This document shows positions 19,832 to 29,188 of a DNA stretch of 64,000 nt, one piece after another (positions within the stretch are counted from its first letter, which is position 1; every line of letters begins with the position of its first letter). This DNA comes from an uncultured Alphaproteobacteria bacterium (GTDB lineage: Bacteria; Pseudomonadota; Alphaproteobacteria; Rhizobiales; Methyloligellaceae). Below the pieces are notes generated by a model. It was not told the DNA's origin and ran no database searches. It saw nothing but the letters and a program-made list of their open reading frames with translations. Both the position numbers and the translations under genes were made by a program. The stretch is taken from positions 4,758 through 68,757 of the forward strand of contig CAWFLU010000015.1 in assembly GCA_963816805.1 (NCBI GenBank), given 5' to 3'.

Positions 19832-20173
19832 ATGAAAAAATTTGTCGTTCTGTACATGGCTTCGGGGCACGACTTCGAAAAGATGATGAAAAACTCCACA
19901 CCTGAGCAGCAGAAGAAAGGTATGGATGCCTGGATCAAGTGGATGGATGCCAATAAGCAGTCCATTGTTGACGGTGGAGCGCCTTTGGGGAAAACCAAGC
20001 GCGTTGATTCGAATGGATCCTCTGACACAAAAAACGAAATTGGAGGCTATTCGATTGTGCAGGCTGAATCGCCTGATGCCGCCACGAAGTTATTCGGTAA
20101 AGATCACCCCCATCTGCAAATGCCGGGCGCTTGGATAGAGATTATCGAAGTCATGCCGCTGCCTGGGATGTAG
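19832..20173 (+). CDS. YCII-related small protein
   Basis: AAGGAG SD. MKKFVVLY...GGAPLG...EIGGYSIVQAESPDAA pattern of YciI-like proteins. Confidence 0.7.
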   Translation: MKKFVVLYMASGHDFEKMMKNSTPEQQKKGMDAWIKWMDANKQSIVDGGAPLGKTKRVDSNGSSDTKNEIGGYSIVQAESPDAATKLFGKDHPHLQMPGAWIEIIEVMPLPGM

Positions 20174-20444
20174 CCAACATCGCATTTCCGTCACGTTGGA
20201 GTGAATGTCGTCGAAGACCGGGATGACCGTGCGATGGCCTCAATCTGGGTCACATTCGTGGGTCAGCCGGCGGTCGCCTTGTCCATTGCGTCCGCACGAT
20301 TGAGCCGTGACCAACGCTGAGACGTTATGAGACGTCCCCTCAGCTGCAATCTCAGCTCGCGCATGCTTAAACCGCAAACCCCCGCATTGTTCCGAAGGGT
20401 ACCGGCTTCGCGCTCCAAACGCACGAAGCCGGTAGCGCATGCCG

Positions 20445-20663
20445 CTAGTCGCAGCTGTTTTCAACATCCCCGGAGAAATACTCGCAGGGCTGCCAATAAG
20501 GATCGCTGTATCTCCGAGCCTCTGTCTTGCTCAATTTGCGGGGTTTTCCAGCCAGGTAGTTCCCATGGTGATATTCGAGCTTGGTGGGTATCTTGCTGAC
20601 CGATGCGGCGGCGGGGACGCTCAAAGCGGCGAGCAAAGCAGTTGCTAACATGAGTTTGGTCAA
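20445..20663 (-). CDS. Small secreted hypothetical protein (72 aa, TTG start)
   Basis: AAGGAG lies 7 nt upstream of the TTG at 20663. Signal peptide MTKLMLATALLAALSVPAAASV. Confidence 0.55.
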   Translation of the reverse strand: MTKLMLATALLAALSVPAAASVSKIPTKLEYHHGNYLAGKPRKLSKTEARRYSDPYWQPCEYFSGDVENSCD

Positions 20664-20841
20664 GATCGATCTCCTTATCTCTTGAGTGAGAGCTTGATAG
20701 GCGTTCAGGCCTGATCAACAAGGAGACTCGGTCGAAGACGCTCTTATTCCCCAGCGCGGCCGTTGGGATTTTCACTTTGCCGTGTTCATTAATCAGCGCG
20801 GCGCCTCCAACATCAGTTGCGCTCTTGCCGCGTGCGGGTGG

Positions 20842-22323
20842 CTAGTCGACGGCTGGCAGCACGCGCGGCGCAAGCGCGAGTCGGGATTCGTCGTCCAGCA
20901 CTGACTGGGTGCGCAGGTACAACGCATCGGCCTCAGCGGCCGAGTCTCCAATCGCCACGAGCCCGATCCGCCCGTTCTCAGCCAGTGAGGCCAACATGTG
21001 GAAAATGACCCCGGTCTCGCGCGTCTGGTCGAAGTGGAGGCCGCGGCGAACAGCGATGTCGAACAGGTCGTCGGGCGACAAGGCGCGATAGGCCGGTGAT
21101 TCCAGGTGGTCGTGGGCGACGAAGTGCTTCTCCTGGCCGCCCGGGGTAAAGAATACCGCCCTGTCGGGATCGTAGGTGCCATCGGTGAGGAATTGCAGGG
21201 TCAAGAACGGGTGCGTCGTTCCACCCTTTCGCAAATTCACCTCGATGGCGTAAGGCTGCCAGGCTCCCTTATCGGAACGGACGACCACGAAATCGATCGC
21301 GAAGCGGCCGAGGACCCCTTCCTTGGCAAGCCTAGTCCCGACCTTCTTGGCTTCACGGGTGATCATGGGCGCGTATGCAGGATCGGCCGGGAACCGGCAG
21401 CCGAGATATCTCTGTCCGCCTATCCCGCCGAGCAATTGATCGTGCGTCGACAGCAGCTCGACCTCGCCTAGGGGCGTAACGCGCAGTTGCACACTGGGGC
21501 TCCGACATTCTTCGCCGGCGATCCACTCCTCGACGACACCCCCTAGCCCTTCCAGCCTCTCGCAGAACGCCTCATACGTCATGCCCGCGAGCTCGCAACG
21601 CATGACGCGCAGACGGTCCTCGATCCGGGAAGCCTCGTCCGGTGCGCCCGGCGGCGGCAAACCTTGCAAGTCGGCGAGCGCGTTTCCCTCTCCCGAGAAG
21701 GCCTCGTTGAGCTTGACGATGACTTGGCATACGCTAGGCTTTTCATGTCGGATGGCGCGGATAGCGTCGATTGCCGCCGCGGTGGAATGGATGTTCTCGC
21801 GACCCACGGGGTGCGGAATGCCTTCCTCGACGAATAAGCGGCGGGATCCACTCTTCGTCCCGAAGGGTAAGAACTTCGGATCGGCACCGTACATCGGGAT
21901 GCCGAGCCGCAAGGCCAGATCGCGCTCGAGGGTCGTAGTATTATAGGGTACCAGATGGGCGCGGTCGCAGTCCGGGATCAGAGATCGGATCCGCTCGATC
22001 AGGTGCGGGCGCTCGAGCAGCTTGACGGTGAGCGGCCGCGGGCTCCCGTCCTGCGGAGAGACGAGGAAAAGGCGCGACCGAGCGTGGCTCGCGATCACGC
22101 CCGGGAGCATTCCCAGATAGTAATCCACCGTGCTTGTCTGGATTGACTGTGAGGTGACGTAGATCAGCCGGGCGCGGGGCTGCCGCAGCAGGAGGAGGAG
22201 AAAAAGGAATCGCTCCTCGTAGGCCTGCATCTCGGCGCCCGTGATGTCGATCTCTGCCGTGATCGACGGAACGACAACGATTGTCTGCTCTGTTCCTGAT
22301 TGAGGGCATTGATGGATGCCCAC
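20842..22323 (-). CDS. ATP-grasp carboxylate-amine / peptide ligase (PGM1-related family); the N-terminus is probably displaced into another frame
   Basis: TIVVVPS...AYEERFLFLLLLLRQPRARLIYVTSQ pre-ATP-grasp region followed by an ATP-grasp core. The overlapping ORF 22164-22421 encodes ...FARLQRKLIPLWASINALNQEQ, which would join just before TIVVVPS. Confidence 0.8.
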   Translation of the reverse strand: MGIHQCPQSGTEQTIVVVPSITAEIDITGAEMQAYEERFLFLLLLLRQPRARLIYVTSQSIQTSTVDYYLGMLPGVIASHARSRLFLVSPQDGSPRPLTVKLLERPHLIERIRSLIPDCDRAHLVPYNTTTLERDLALRLGIPMYGADPKFLPFGTKSGSRRLFVEEGIPHPVGRENIHSTAAAIDAIRAIRHEKPSVCQVIVKLNEAFSGEGNALADLQGLPPPGAPDEASRIEDRLRVMRCELAGMTYEAFCERLEGLGGVVEEWIAGEECRSPSVQLRVTPLGEVELLSTHDQLLGGIGGQRYLGCRFPADPAYAPMITREAKKVGTRLAKEGVLGRFAIDFVVVRSDKGAWQPYAIEVNLRKGGTTHPFLTLQFLTDGTYDPDRAVFFTPGGQEKHFVAHDHLESPAYRALSPDDLFDIAVRRGLHFDQTRETGVIFHMLASLAENGRIGLVAIGDSAAEADALYLRTQSVLDDESRLALAPRVLPAVD

Positions 22324-22890
22324 AGCGGAATGAGCTTTCGTTGTAGCCGCGCGAACCGGTCGGCCGCCTCCTCGGGCGACAGGCCAAGTTCCGGTAGACG
22401 CAATGTGCCGGGGTCTGACATCTTTGCAGTGACGGGGGCTCCTCAGCGGTGAGCAAGCTCAATGCGGTCGTCGCGTGTTTCCCCCGGTGTACTGGGGACG
22501 TTCATTCCTTATAGTAGCCGACACCGCAAATCTGATCGCCGGTCTTCGTGAAAAACGTCATTTTCTAAGCGGCTTGTCGGAGCCAGGGCGCGGCCACCAA
22601 TCAGTAACCTCTTTGATCGTTCCAAGTAAGGGTTGTTTCTCTGGCGCTGAGGCCCTCTTCGGGACGTCTAAGTGTCGTAACTGAAGTCAGGTGTGGGTGC
22701 AGCCAAGGTGAGGCGGGAGCGATCTTAGTTCGTGTCGACGTCAAAAGACGTAGCGAATTGAACTCGCGCCAGAGCATGGCCCGACGCGCACACTTGAAGC
22801 ATCGTCGGCAAATAACCACAAACAGGCCCCGACGACTGAGAGAGGTGCGTCGCGCTCCCGCCTGCTTAGGTCATCAGGAGTCCTGCGATC

Positions 22891-23154
22891 ATGCCCCTCG
22901 TTCGTGAGCTATCTGACGAGTACAGCCCAGAACTTCAGGCAGCGCTCGAGCAGGCATATGACAATGTTTGGACGACGCTCTATGCCCACATGCCTGCCGC
23001 GACTTCCGATCAATCGGTAGCATTGCAAATCAGGCTCAACCGAACTTTGGTCGCCTTAGCCGCCAATGGTGTGACTGATCCCGCGGAGCTGCGCGTAAAG
23101 CGCGGAGACCATGGCGCTGAGCGGTTAGCGCCGAGCTTCCGCCGGAGCCCTTAA
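22891..23154 (+). CDS. Hypothetical protein (87 aa)
   Basis: CAGGAG SD before the ATG. Coding-like composition. No family recognised. Confidence 0.5.
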   Translation: MPLVRELSDEYSPELQAALEQAYDNVWTTLYAHMPAATSDQSVALQIRLNRTLVALAANGVTDPAELRVKRGDHGAERLAPSFRRSP

Positions 23155-23285
23155 CTTTGGTGCGGCGAGGAATCGCGTTCGCAGCCAGCAGCTGGAGAAC
23201 GGGCTTGAAACTTACGCGGGCATTAGACGGTTCTATCTCGCCGAGCCTGCACGCAAATAATCAGGGGCTGCGGTCGTTGCGACGA

Positions 23286-24536
23286 TCAGTTTGGATTGGT
23301 GGTGTGTGTTTGCACGCCAGGCGGACCGGGCCGATGGGCATCCTTCCACGGCTCGATGTAGTCGCGTGTGAGCGGCACAGCATCCATGCGCCGCGCCAGC
23401 TGCAGTTGAAATACCACGAAAGTGTCCTGGCGGAGTGCGGCTTCGGAACTGGCAAGATAAAAATCCCACATCCGGCAGAAATTTTCCCCAAATCGGCCTT
23501 TGACCGCTTCCCAATTGGCATGCAGGCGCTGTCGCCAGGCGGCCAGCGTCGGCGGATAGTGCTGGCGCCACACTTCGATGTCGGTGACGAACAGCCGCTG
23601 CTGTTCCAAAACGCGCATTACTTCCGACAGCGCCGGCGTATAGCCGCCGGGGAAAATATATTTGTTGAGCCACGGCGCGTTTCCACAAGGCCTGTCCATG
23701 TGGCCGATAAAATGTACGACGCCCACGCCGTCCTCGGTCAGCAGATCATGAACCTGTTTAAAATAAGCGCGATAGTGCCGTACGCCCACATGCTCTAACA
23801 TGCCCACCGATATGATGCGGTCGTACTGTCCATGCTCGTGGCGATAATCGCGCAGGGAAAACCGGGCACGGCTCGCCACTCCGTTTTCTCGTGCCAGGCG
23901 CTCAGCATCCTGCAATTGTTCGCTAGAGAGGGTCAATCCATGGACGGTGACCACCTCCAGCCCCGTCAGAAAAACCGCTAGATTTCCCCAGCCGCAGCCG
24001 ATCTCTAGCACCTTCATGCCGGGCTTGAGCAGGAGCTTGGACGCCAGGTGCAGCATCTTCTCCTCCTGCGCTTCCTCCAACGTCTCGTTGCCCTTGCGAA
24101 AATAACCGCAGGTGTATTGCATGTGCTTATCGAGGAACAGGCGATAGAACGCGACATCGAGATCATAGGTATAAGCGGCGTTACGGCGCGCCCTTTTCAG
24201 AGAATTAGAAGCAGGTAGCAGGCGCAGCGGCCAGGTGAGAATGCGCTGCAGTTGGCTGAGCGGATTATAGCCAGCGCGAAAAATATTGCGATTGATGAGG
24301 TCCATTAGCGGATATAGATCGCCGCCCTCCACAGTAAGGGTGCCGTCCATATAAGCCTCACCCACCGCCAAAGCTGGCCGCCACAACAGCCTCAGCTGTG
24401 AGCGTCTACTATGGACGCGCATAGTGACCTCAGGACCGGGTTCACGACCAGTGAGCGTATGCACACGCCCACTGGCATCAACTATGTGCAATGTGCCGAG
24501 GGTGATAAAAGGCCGCAACAACCGTGCGAACAACAT
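23286..24536 (-). CDS. cfa: Cyclopropane-fatty-acyl-phospholipid synthase family methyltransferase
   Basis: HYDLDVAFYRLFLD..MQYTCGYF and SAM motif VLEIGCGWG. I prefer the ATG at 24536 (MLFARLL). Confidence 0.9.
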   Translation of the reverse strand: MLFARLLRPFITLGTLHIVDASGRVHTLTGREPGPEVTMRVHSRRSQLRLLWRPALAVGEAYMDGTLTVEGGDLYPLMDLINRNIFRAGYNPLSQLQRILTWPLRLLPASNSLKRARRNAAYTYDLDVAFYRLFLDKHMQYTCGYFRKGNETLEEAQEEKMLHLASKLLLKPGMKVLEIGCGWGNLAVFLTGLEVVTVHGLTLSSEQLQDAERLARENGVASRARFSLRDYRHEHGQYDRIISVGMLEHVGVRHYRAYFKQVHDLLTEDGVGVVHFIGHMDRPCGNAPWLNKYIFPGGYTPALSEVMRVLEQQRLFVTDIEVWRQHYPPTLAAWRQRLHANWEAVKGRFGENFCRMWDFYLASSEAALRQDTFVVFQLQLARRMDAVPLTRDYIEPWKDAHRPGPPGVQTHTTNPN

Positions 24537-24673
24537 GCTTATTTCCTGAAAGCCAATGGTAGCAGGTTCACTGCAAAAACCATGTCCGCGAGCCGTTCGC
24601 AAATTTCAGCTTGGTACCGGGCGTTCTTGGGTGCCGCCCAAGTTCCTTGACCTGCCATCACTCGTCGCGAAAG

Positions 24674-25895
24674 TCATATTCGGGTGCCAAATCGCACCAG
24701 GCTCCAGCCCCTGTGTTTACTCTTTTGGGGCTTGAGTGCCCGCGCAGCTAATTTTCGGAGTGTCGGCTTATAAAGCGAAAGCCGATAGCAATCGCGATTG
24801 CGGGCAGAAAACTCATATGCGCCACCCCATAGGAAGAGCCTAAACTTGCGGAACTCGAAATCCCCGAAAGTCCGCTGTATGGCGTCCTTATGGGCCTCGA
24901 GGTTCAGCGCCCATTGTTTAAAGGTTAGGGAGTAGCTACGGCGGTCGTTCTGCACTTCCAAAAGCTCAAGCTCAGTCTTTCTTGCAAGCTTATGTAATAG
25001 GTCGTCGAGGACGAGGCATGAATGGTTGCCGGGATAGATGTGGCGGACCATGAACGTGGAAAGCTCATATTTCTTCCGCGTCGCGCTCCCGTCGAGAAAC
25101 ACGAAGCCACCAGGCTTCAACAGATGGTCCACTTTCTTCAGCACGCGTTCATAGTCGGGAAGGTGTTCGATGACTCCCATGAGGACGATGGCATCGAATT
25201 TTTGTTTCGAAGTCGTAATCGTAGAAGTCGGTGAGGATGATGTCGAACTGGTCGCCGAAATTGGCGAGCTTCCCTTTGAGATAAGACTGGGAGACCTCGG
25301 AATTGGTGATGCCGGTAAAGCGCACGCCGGATCTCAGCGCGTGACCGGCGAAGGCACCCCAACCGGGGCCGATCTCGAGCACGGTCTTACCCGGGCCGAG
25401 CTCGCATTGCTCGATGGCCCAGTCGAACTTCCGCTCGAGCGCCTTCGAGAGCGGCTCATCCTCATGGGCATAAACCCCCTGGCTGTAGGCGGGGAAAATA
25501 GGATCGAGGAAGCTCAGGAACAACTTCGGGTCGGCATTGTAGTGAGAGGAGATCGCCTGCTTGTTGGCGTAGATCTGCCCGAACAGAAGCGGCTCGATGA
25601 AGCGCCAGGCCCAGACCAGCGGATGGCGATCATCGAGATGGGCGCGGAGAGCGAAAGGCTTCAGCATGTCCCCTTCGATGTCGAGGTCACCTTGTAGATA
25701 GGCTTCGGCGATGTTGCCCTCGTCCAGCGAGCGGAGTGCGCGTAGCGCTCGCTCGTTGCGAAGGCACACGCGAAACTCAGCCGCGCCTTGGCCGAATTGG
25801 TGTTTTTCTCCGCTTGGAAGCTCGATCAAAAAGGGTGTGGTAAACCCGCCGAAACGATGGCGAAAGACGTCGAGCATGTATGCGCCTGATGACAT
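24674..25895 (-). pseudogene. Second cfa-like SAM methyltransferase, frameshifted in a homopolymer (T5 at 25199-25203)
   Basis: N-terminal part ...SHYNADPKLFLSFLD...VLEIGPGWG...DFYDYDFETK. C-terminal part FDAIVLMGVIEHLPDYERVL... is in the -1 frame. Removing one base of the A5/T5 run restores ETKFDAIVLMGVIEH. Confidence 0.85.
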
Positions 25896-26038
25896 TCTTC
25901 GCCGCGGGAAGCTTATCGAACGTCGATTTGACGATGGCCGTGGCGCAGGACGCAATGGTCCATTGCTTGCCGATAGTGCTCGCGTCCTCAAGGAGTTTCA
26001 AGGTCTTGAGTGACTCGGCGAGGGGGGCTTTTGAACTA

Positions 26039-26108
26039 TGGCGGAGAGGGTGGAATTCGAACCCACGGTACGGTTACCCGTACAACGGTTTTCGAGACCG
26101 CCCTCTCT
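26039..26108 (-). tRNA. tRNA-Ser(CGA)-like element lacking the whole D-arm (pseudo-tRNA)
   Basis: The minus strand reads AGAGAGG|GCGGT-CTCGAAA-ACCGT|TG-TACGG-GTAA-CCGTA-CC|GTGGG-TTCGAAT-TCCAC|CCTCTCC-G-CCA. The anticodon arm, long variable arm, T-arm, acceptor 3' strand and CCA are intact. The 5' acceptor-like 7-mer abuts the anticodon stem. Confidence 0.6.
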
Positions 26109-26348
26109 CAACGAGCAATCGTGTTCGGTATAGGTGGCTTCGACTGCAAGATTTGAACCTACACTTCGATTCTCAGGCAATGATGATTGCGGCGGATTCG
26201 CTCCTCCGCTACCAAAACGCTGCTATTTACTGCGAAGCTGCTCGGACGAGCCTCGCACGGCGGCAAAATTAATGGCCGGGACCACGGCTTGAAATCAGCG
26301 AGGCGCATGCCGAAATAGGAGCCACGGGGGCTGGGCTGGAGCCTGGCC

Positions 26349-27071
26349 ATGACACGGTTGCTTGTATCGTTCTGCCTTTTGGGCGCTGCAATTTATGCGG
26401 CCGACGCCCTAGTCCCCCCGCCAATACCAACGGTCGCCAGCATCGAACCTGCTCCTGCCCAGGCAAGGCAGCTGCGTTCGTGGGGCACGACCCTGTCCAA
26501 CCTGCCGCTTGGGCACAAACCGCAATTGGCGAGCAATCCTAAGCCGGCTCCGTTGCCGCCTCAGCAGAGTGCCGCTGTGGAGGATCAACTTGCGGCCGTG
26601 ACTGACGGTGCGGAGCAGGAGTCGGTGGAGTGGACCAAGGTGGCGACTGCCGCTAACGTGCACAGCAAGGCTTCGGTCTCCTCACCCACGGTCAAATACT
26701 ATCCCTCCGGAACGGAGTTACAGGTTGTCGGCCGGGACGGCGGCTGGGTCGGCGTCTCCGACCCGGTGACCAAGGAGCGAGGCTGGGTGTTCGAGAAATA
26801 TCTCGCCGCGATCGACGGCCCGAACCCGGCGAAGACGCAAACTGCGATGCGCTCGGCCGCCGAGAGCGACCCTTCACAGCTCGTCGCCTCTAAACCACCG
26901 TTAACCAACCTGAAAAAGCGGACTCCGGCGCGCCCGCTCTTGGTTTCTCAGGCCATGCCGGTATCCGATGCGGTGGGTACGACGCCGGACGCGCAAGGTA
27001 CGCGCGCGTCTCGGCGCGCTGACGGGCCTCGGCGCAGGTTTTTCATGTTTGCCCCCTTCGCGCGATTCTAA
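26349..27071 (+). CDS. Secreted SH3b-domain protein
   Basis: Signal peptide MTRLLVSFCLLGAAIYAADA. SH3_3-type segment ANVHSKASVSSPTVKYYPSGTELQVVGRDGGWVGV...GWV. Confidence 0.8.
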   Translation: MTRLLVSFCLLGAAIYAADALVPPPIPTVASIEPAPAQARQLRSWGTTLSNLPLGHKPQLASNPKPAPLPPQQSAAVEDQLAAVTDGAEQESVEWTKVATAANVHSKASVSSPTVKYYPSGTELQVVGRDGGWVGVSDPVTKERGWVFEKYLAAIDGPNPAKTQTAMRSAAESDPSQLVASKPPLTNLKKRTPARPLLVSQAMPVSDAVGTTPDAQGTRASRRADGPRRRFFMFAPFARF

Positions 27072-27186
27072 CGCCGGATCCCGTGCTAAGACCTTGGTAC
27101 TAGGGCGTTGCCGAAGTTCTGCTAGAGTGCGCCCGTTCCGCCTGGCCCCCAATCCCCAACATCGGCTTTCTAGACCAAGTCACGAT

Positions 27187-28134
27187 TTGAAACTCGACCG
27201 CGAAACTGAAGCGCTGCTGTATTGGGCGTCGTCGGCGACCGCCACGCCGCTTTGGACGCTCACCCCTGGCTCGGCGCGCGACGAGTATCGCCGCACGCTG
27301 GGCAAGACAGAGATCGAGCCGCCGAGGATCGGCGAGGCCATCGACATCCTCATTCCTGGACAGGTCGGAACTCTCCGCTTGCGCAAATATGTTCCGGCCG
27401 ATCAGGGACGAGCGGCCGGTGCGGCCATCCTGTTCATGCATGGTGGCGGTTGCGTTCTTGGCGACATCGAGACCCACGACGTCATGTGCCGCACGCTCTG
27501 CCACGACACCGGCGCGACGGTGTTCTCGCTCGACTACCGACTCGCGCCGGAGCATCCCTTCCCTGCGGCGGTTGAGGACACCGTGGTCGCGCTGACCTGG
27601 CTGTCACATGAGGCGTCCAGTCTCGGCCTCGATCGGCAGCGCATCGCAGTGGTAGGCGACAGCGCCGGCGCCGGTCTCGCCGCGGTCGCTCTGCACGAGA
27701 CCATGGGACGTCTTGCGGCTCCCGCGCGCGCCCAGGCTCTGATCTATCCCGCGCTCGACCTCCGCTGCCGCTTTCCTTCGCGCAAGGATCTCGCCCAGCA
27801 ATTCCCGATTCCGCGCGACATGATCAACTGGTTCTTCGGCCATTATTTCGGGACGTCGTGGCCGGTGGCCGATCCGCGCGCCATGCCCTCTCTTTACGAA
27901 GATTATACCGGCCTGCCGCCGGCGCTTATCATCACCGCCGGGCACGACCCGTTGCGCGACGAGGGCGAGGAGTATGCCCAGATACTAGCCGCTGCTGGCG
28001 TGCCGGTTGAGTATGAATGCGCCGAAGGCACGATCCACGGCTTCATGAATATGGGCCGTGTGCTGCGGGGAGCGCATGGCCGCGCGCGCCAGCGTCTCGG
28101 GAACTGGTTGGCGGAGCGCTTGCACGCGGCTTAG
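27187..28134 (+). CDS. Alpha/beta hydrolase, hormone-sensitive-lipase-type esterase
   Basis: HGGG oxyanion motif (FMHGGGCVLGD), nucleophile elbow GDSAGAG, and DPLRDEG and HGF triad residues. The start is uncertain (TTG 27187 or GTG 27127). Confidence 0.88.
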   Translation: MKLDRETEALLYWASSATATPLWTLTPGSARDEYRRTLGKTEIEPPRIGEAIDILIPGQVGTLRLRKYVPADQGRAAGAAILFMHGGGCVLGDIETHDVMCRTLCHDTGATVFSLDYRLAPEHPFPAAVEDTVVALTWLSHEASSLGLDRQRIAVVGDSAGAGLAAVALHETMGRLAAPARAQALIYPALDLRCRFPSRKDLAQQFPIPRDMINWFFGHYFGTSWPVADPRAMPSLYEDYTGLPPALIITAGHDPLRDEGEEYAQILAAAGVPVEYECAEGTIHGFMNMGRVLRGAHGRARQRLGNWLAERLHAA

Positions 28135-28147
28135 GAGAAGGTGAGCG

Positions 28148-29188
28148 ATGAGGTTCCAAGAGCAAGATGGTCCGAGGACCGATAAGCCAATTCTTGCGCG
28201 TGCCCTCGATTGGGTCATAGAGGGGCGCACCGTAGCGCTCGCCACCGTGCTGCAAACTTGGGGCTCGGCACCGGCGCCTGCCGGCAGCCAGCTCGCCATC
28301 GACGGCGAGGGGAATTTCGCGGGCTCGGTATCGGGCGGCTGCGTCGAAGGCGCAGTGATCGCAGAAGCGGCGGAGGCGATGGCTTCGGCCAAGCCGAAGA
28401 CACTTCAGTTCAGCGTCGCCGAAGAGACCGCCTGGGCGGTGGGTCTCGCTTGCGGCGGCACAATCCGCATCTTTGTCGAGCCGCTGGTGCCGGGGCATAA
28501 CCTCGACGTGCTGGCGGAGCTTGCCAACACCCTGTCGGGCCGGAAGTCGGCGGCGCTTGTCACCGATCTTGCAAGCGGGACGCATAGCCTCGCGCACGAG
28601 GCCTCCGATGTGCGCCCCGAGCTTCGCCCGGCACTGCACGAGGCCTTCGCACGCAACAAGAGTGCGGTGGTCGAAGGCAAGCACGGCGACGTGCTGATCA
28701 ACGTGTTCAGCCCGCCGGTTCGCCTCGTCGTGGTCGGCGCGGTGCATGTGGCGCAGGCTTTGGTGAAGATGGCGCGCATACTTGGCTATGAAGTGGTGGT
28801 GGTCGATCCGCGCTCGGCGTTTGCTACGAAAGAGCGCTTCGGGGATGTGGCCATCAGGGAGGAATGGCCCGGCGACGTGATGCCTGAGCTTGGCATCGAT
28901 ACGCGCACCGCAATCGTCACACTCAGCCACGAGAGCAGGATCGACGAGCCGGCGTTGATCCGTGCGCTGAAATCGGACGCCTTCTACGTGGGCGCCATGG
29001 GAAGCAAGAAGACCCATGCCGGCCGCGCCGCGCGATTGGCGGAGGCCGGCGTCGCGCCGGAGGACATCGCTCGCATTCACGCGCCGATCGGATTGGATAT
29101 CGGCGCGACCGGGCCGGCCGAGATCGCGCTCTCGATCATCGCCGAGATCACCGCGGCGCAGCGTGGCAAGGATCGCGGACGCGCATGA
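28148..29188 (+). CDS. XdhC/CoxI-family molybdoenzyme maturation protein
   Basis: XdhC N-domain (ALATVLQTWGSAPAPAGSQLAI...GSVSGGCVE) plus Rossmann-type C-domain (VVVGAVHVAQAL). Confidence 0.9.
   Translation: MRFQEQDGPRTDKPILARALDWVIEGRTVALATVLQTWGSAPAPAGSQLAIDGEGNFAGSVSGGCVEGAVIAEAAEAMASAKPKTLQFSVAEETAWAVGLACGGTIRIFVEPLVPGHNLDVLAELANTLSGRKSAALVTDLASGTHSLAHEASDVRPELRPALHEAFARNKSAVVEGKHGDVLINVFSPPVRLVVVGAVHVAQALVKMARILGYEVVVVDPRSAFATKERFGDVAIREEWPGDVMPELGIDTRTAIVTLSHESRIDEPALIRALKSDAFYVGAMGSKKTHAGRAARLAEAGVAPEDIARIHAPIGLDIGATGPAEIALSIIAEITAAQRGKDRGRA

Noticed and set aside
23157-23798. 213-aa plus-strand ORF
   Set aside because: It is entirely antisense to the well-supported cfa gene, and no motif is recognised.
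26135-26162. Second tRNA-like 3' end (GTAGG-TTCAAAT-CTTGC-AGTCGAA-G-CCA on the minus strand) just upstream of the tRNA-Ser-like element; also considered as a piece of two-piece tmRNA
   Set aside because: No anticodon or D-arm can be folded upstream. The implied 5' acceptor strand (UUCGACU) is absent and atypical. The acceptor lacks the G3-U70 alanine identity needed for tmRNA. It is probably a chance T-loop-like match.
26039-26350. The tRNA fragment as an att site of an integrated island
   Set aside because: No integrase, excisionase, phage or conjugation gene and no second copy of the 3' tRNA block was seen in the window. The idea is kept only as an alternative in the tRNA finding.
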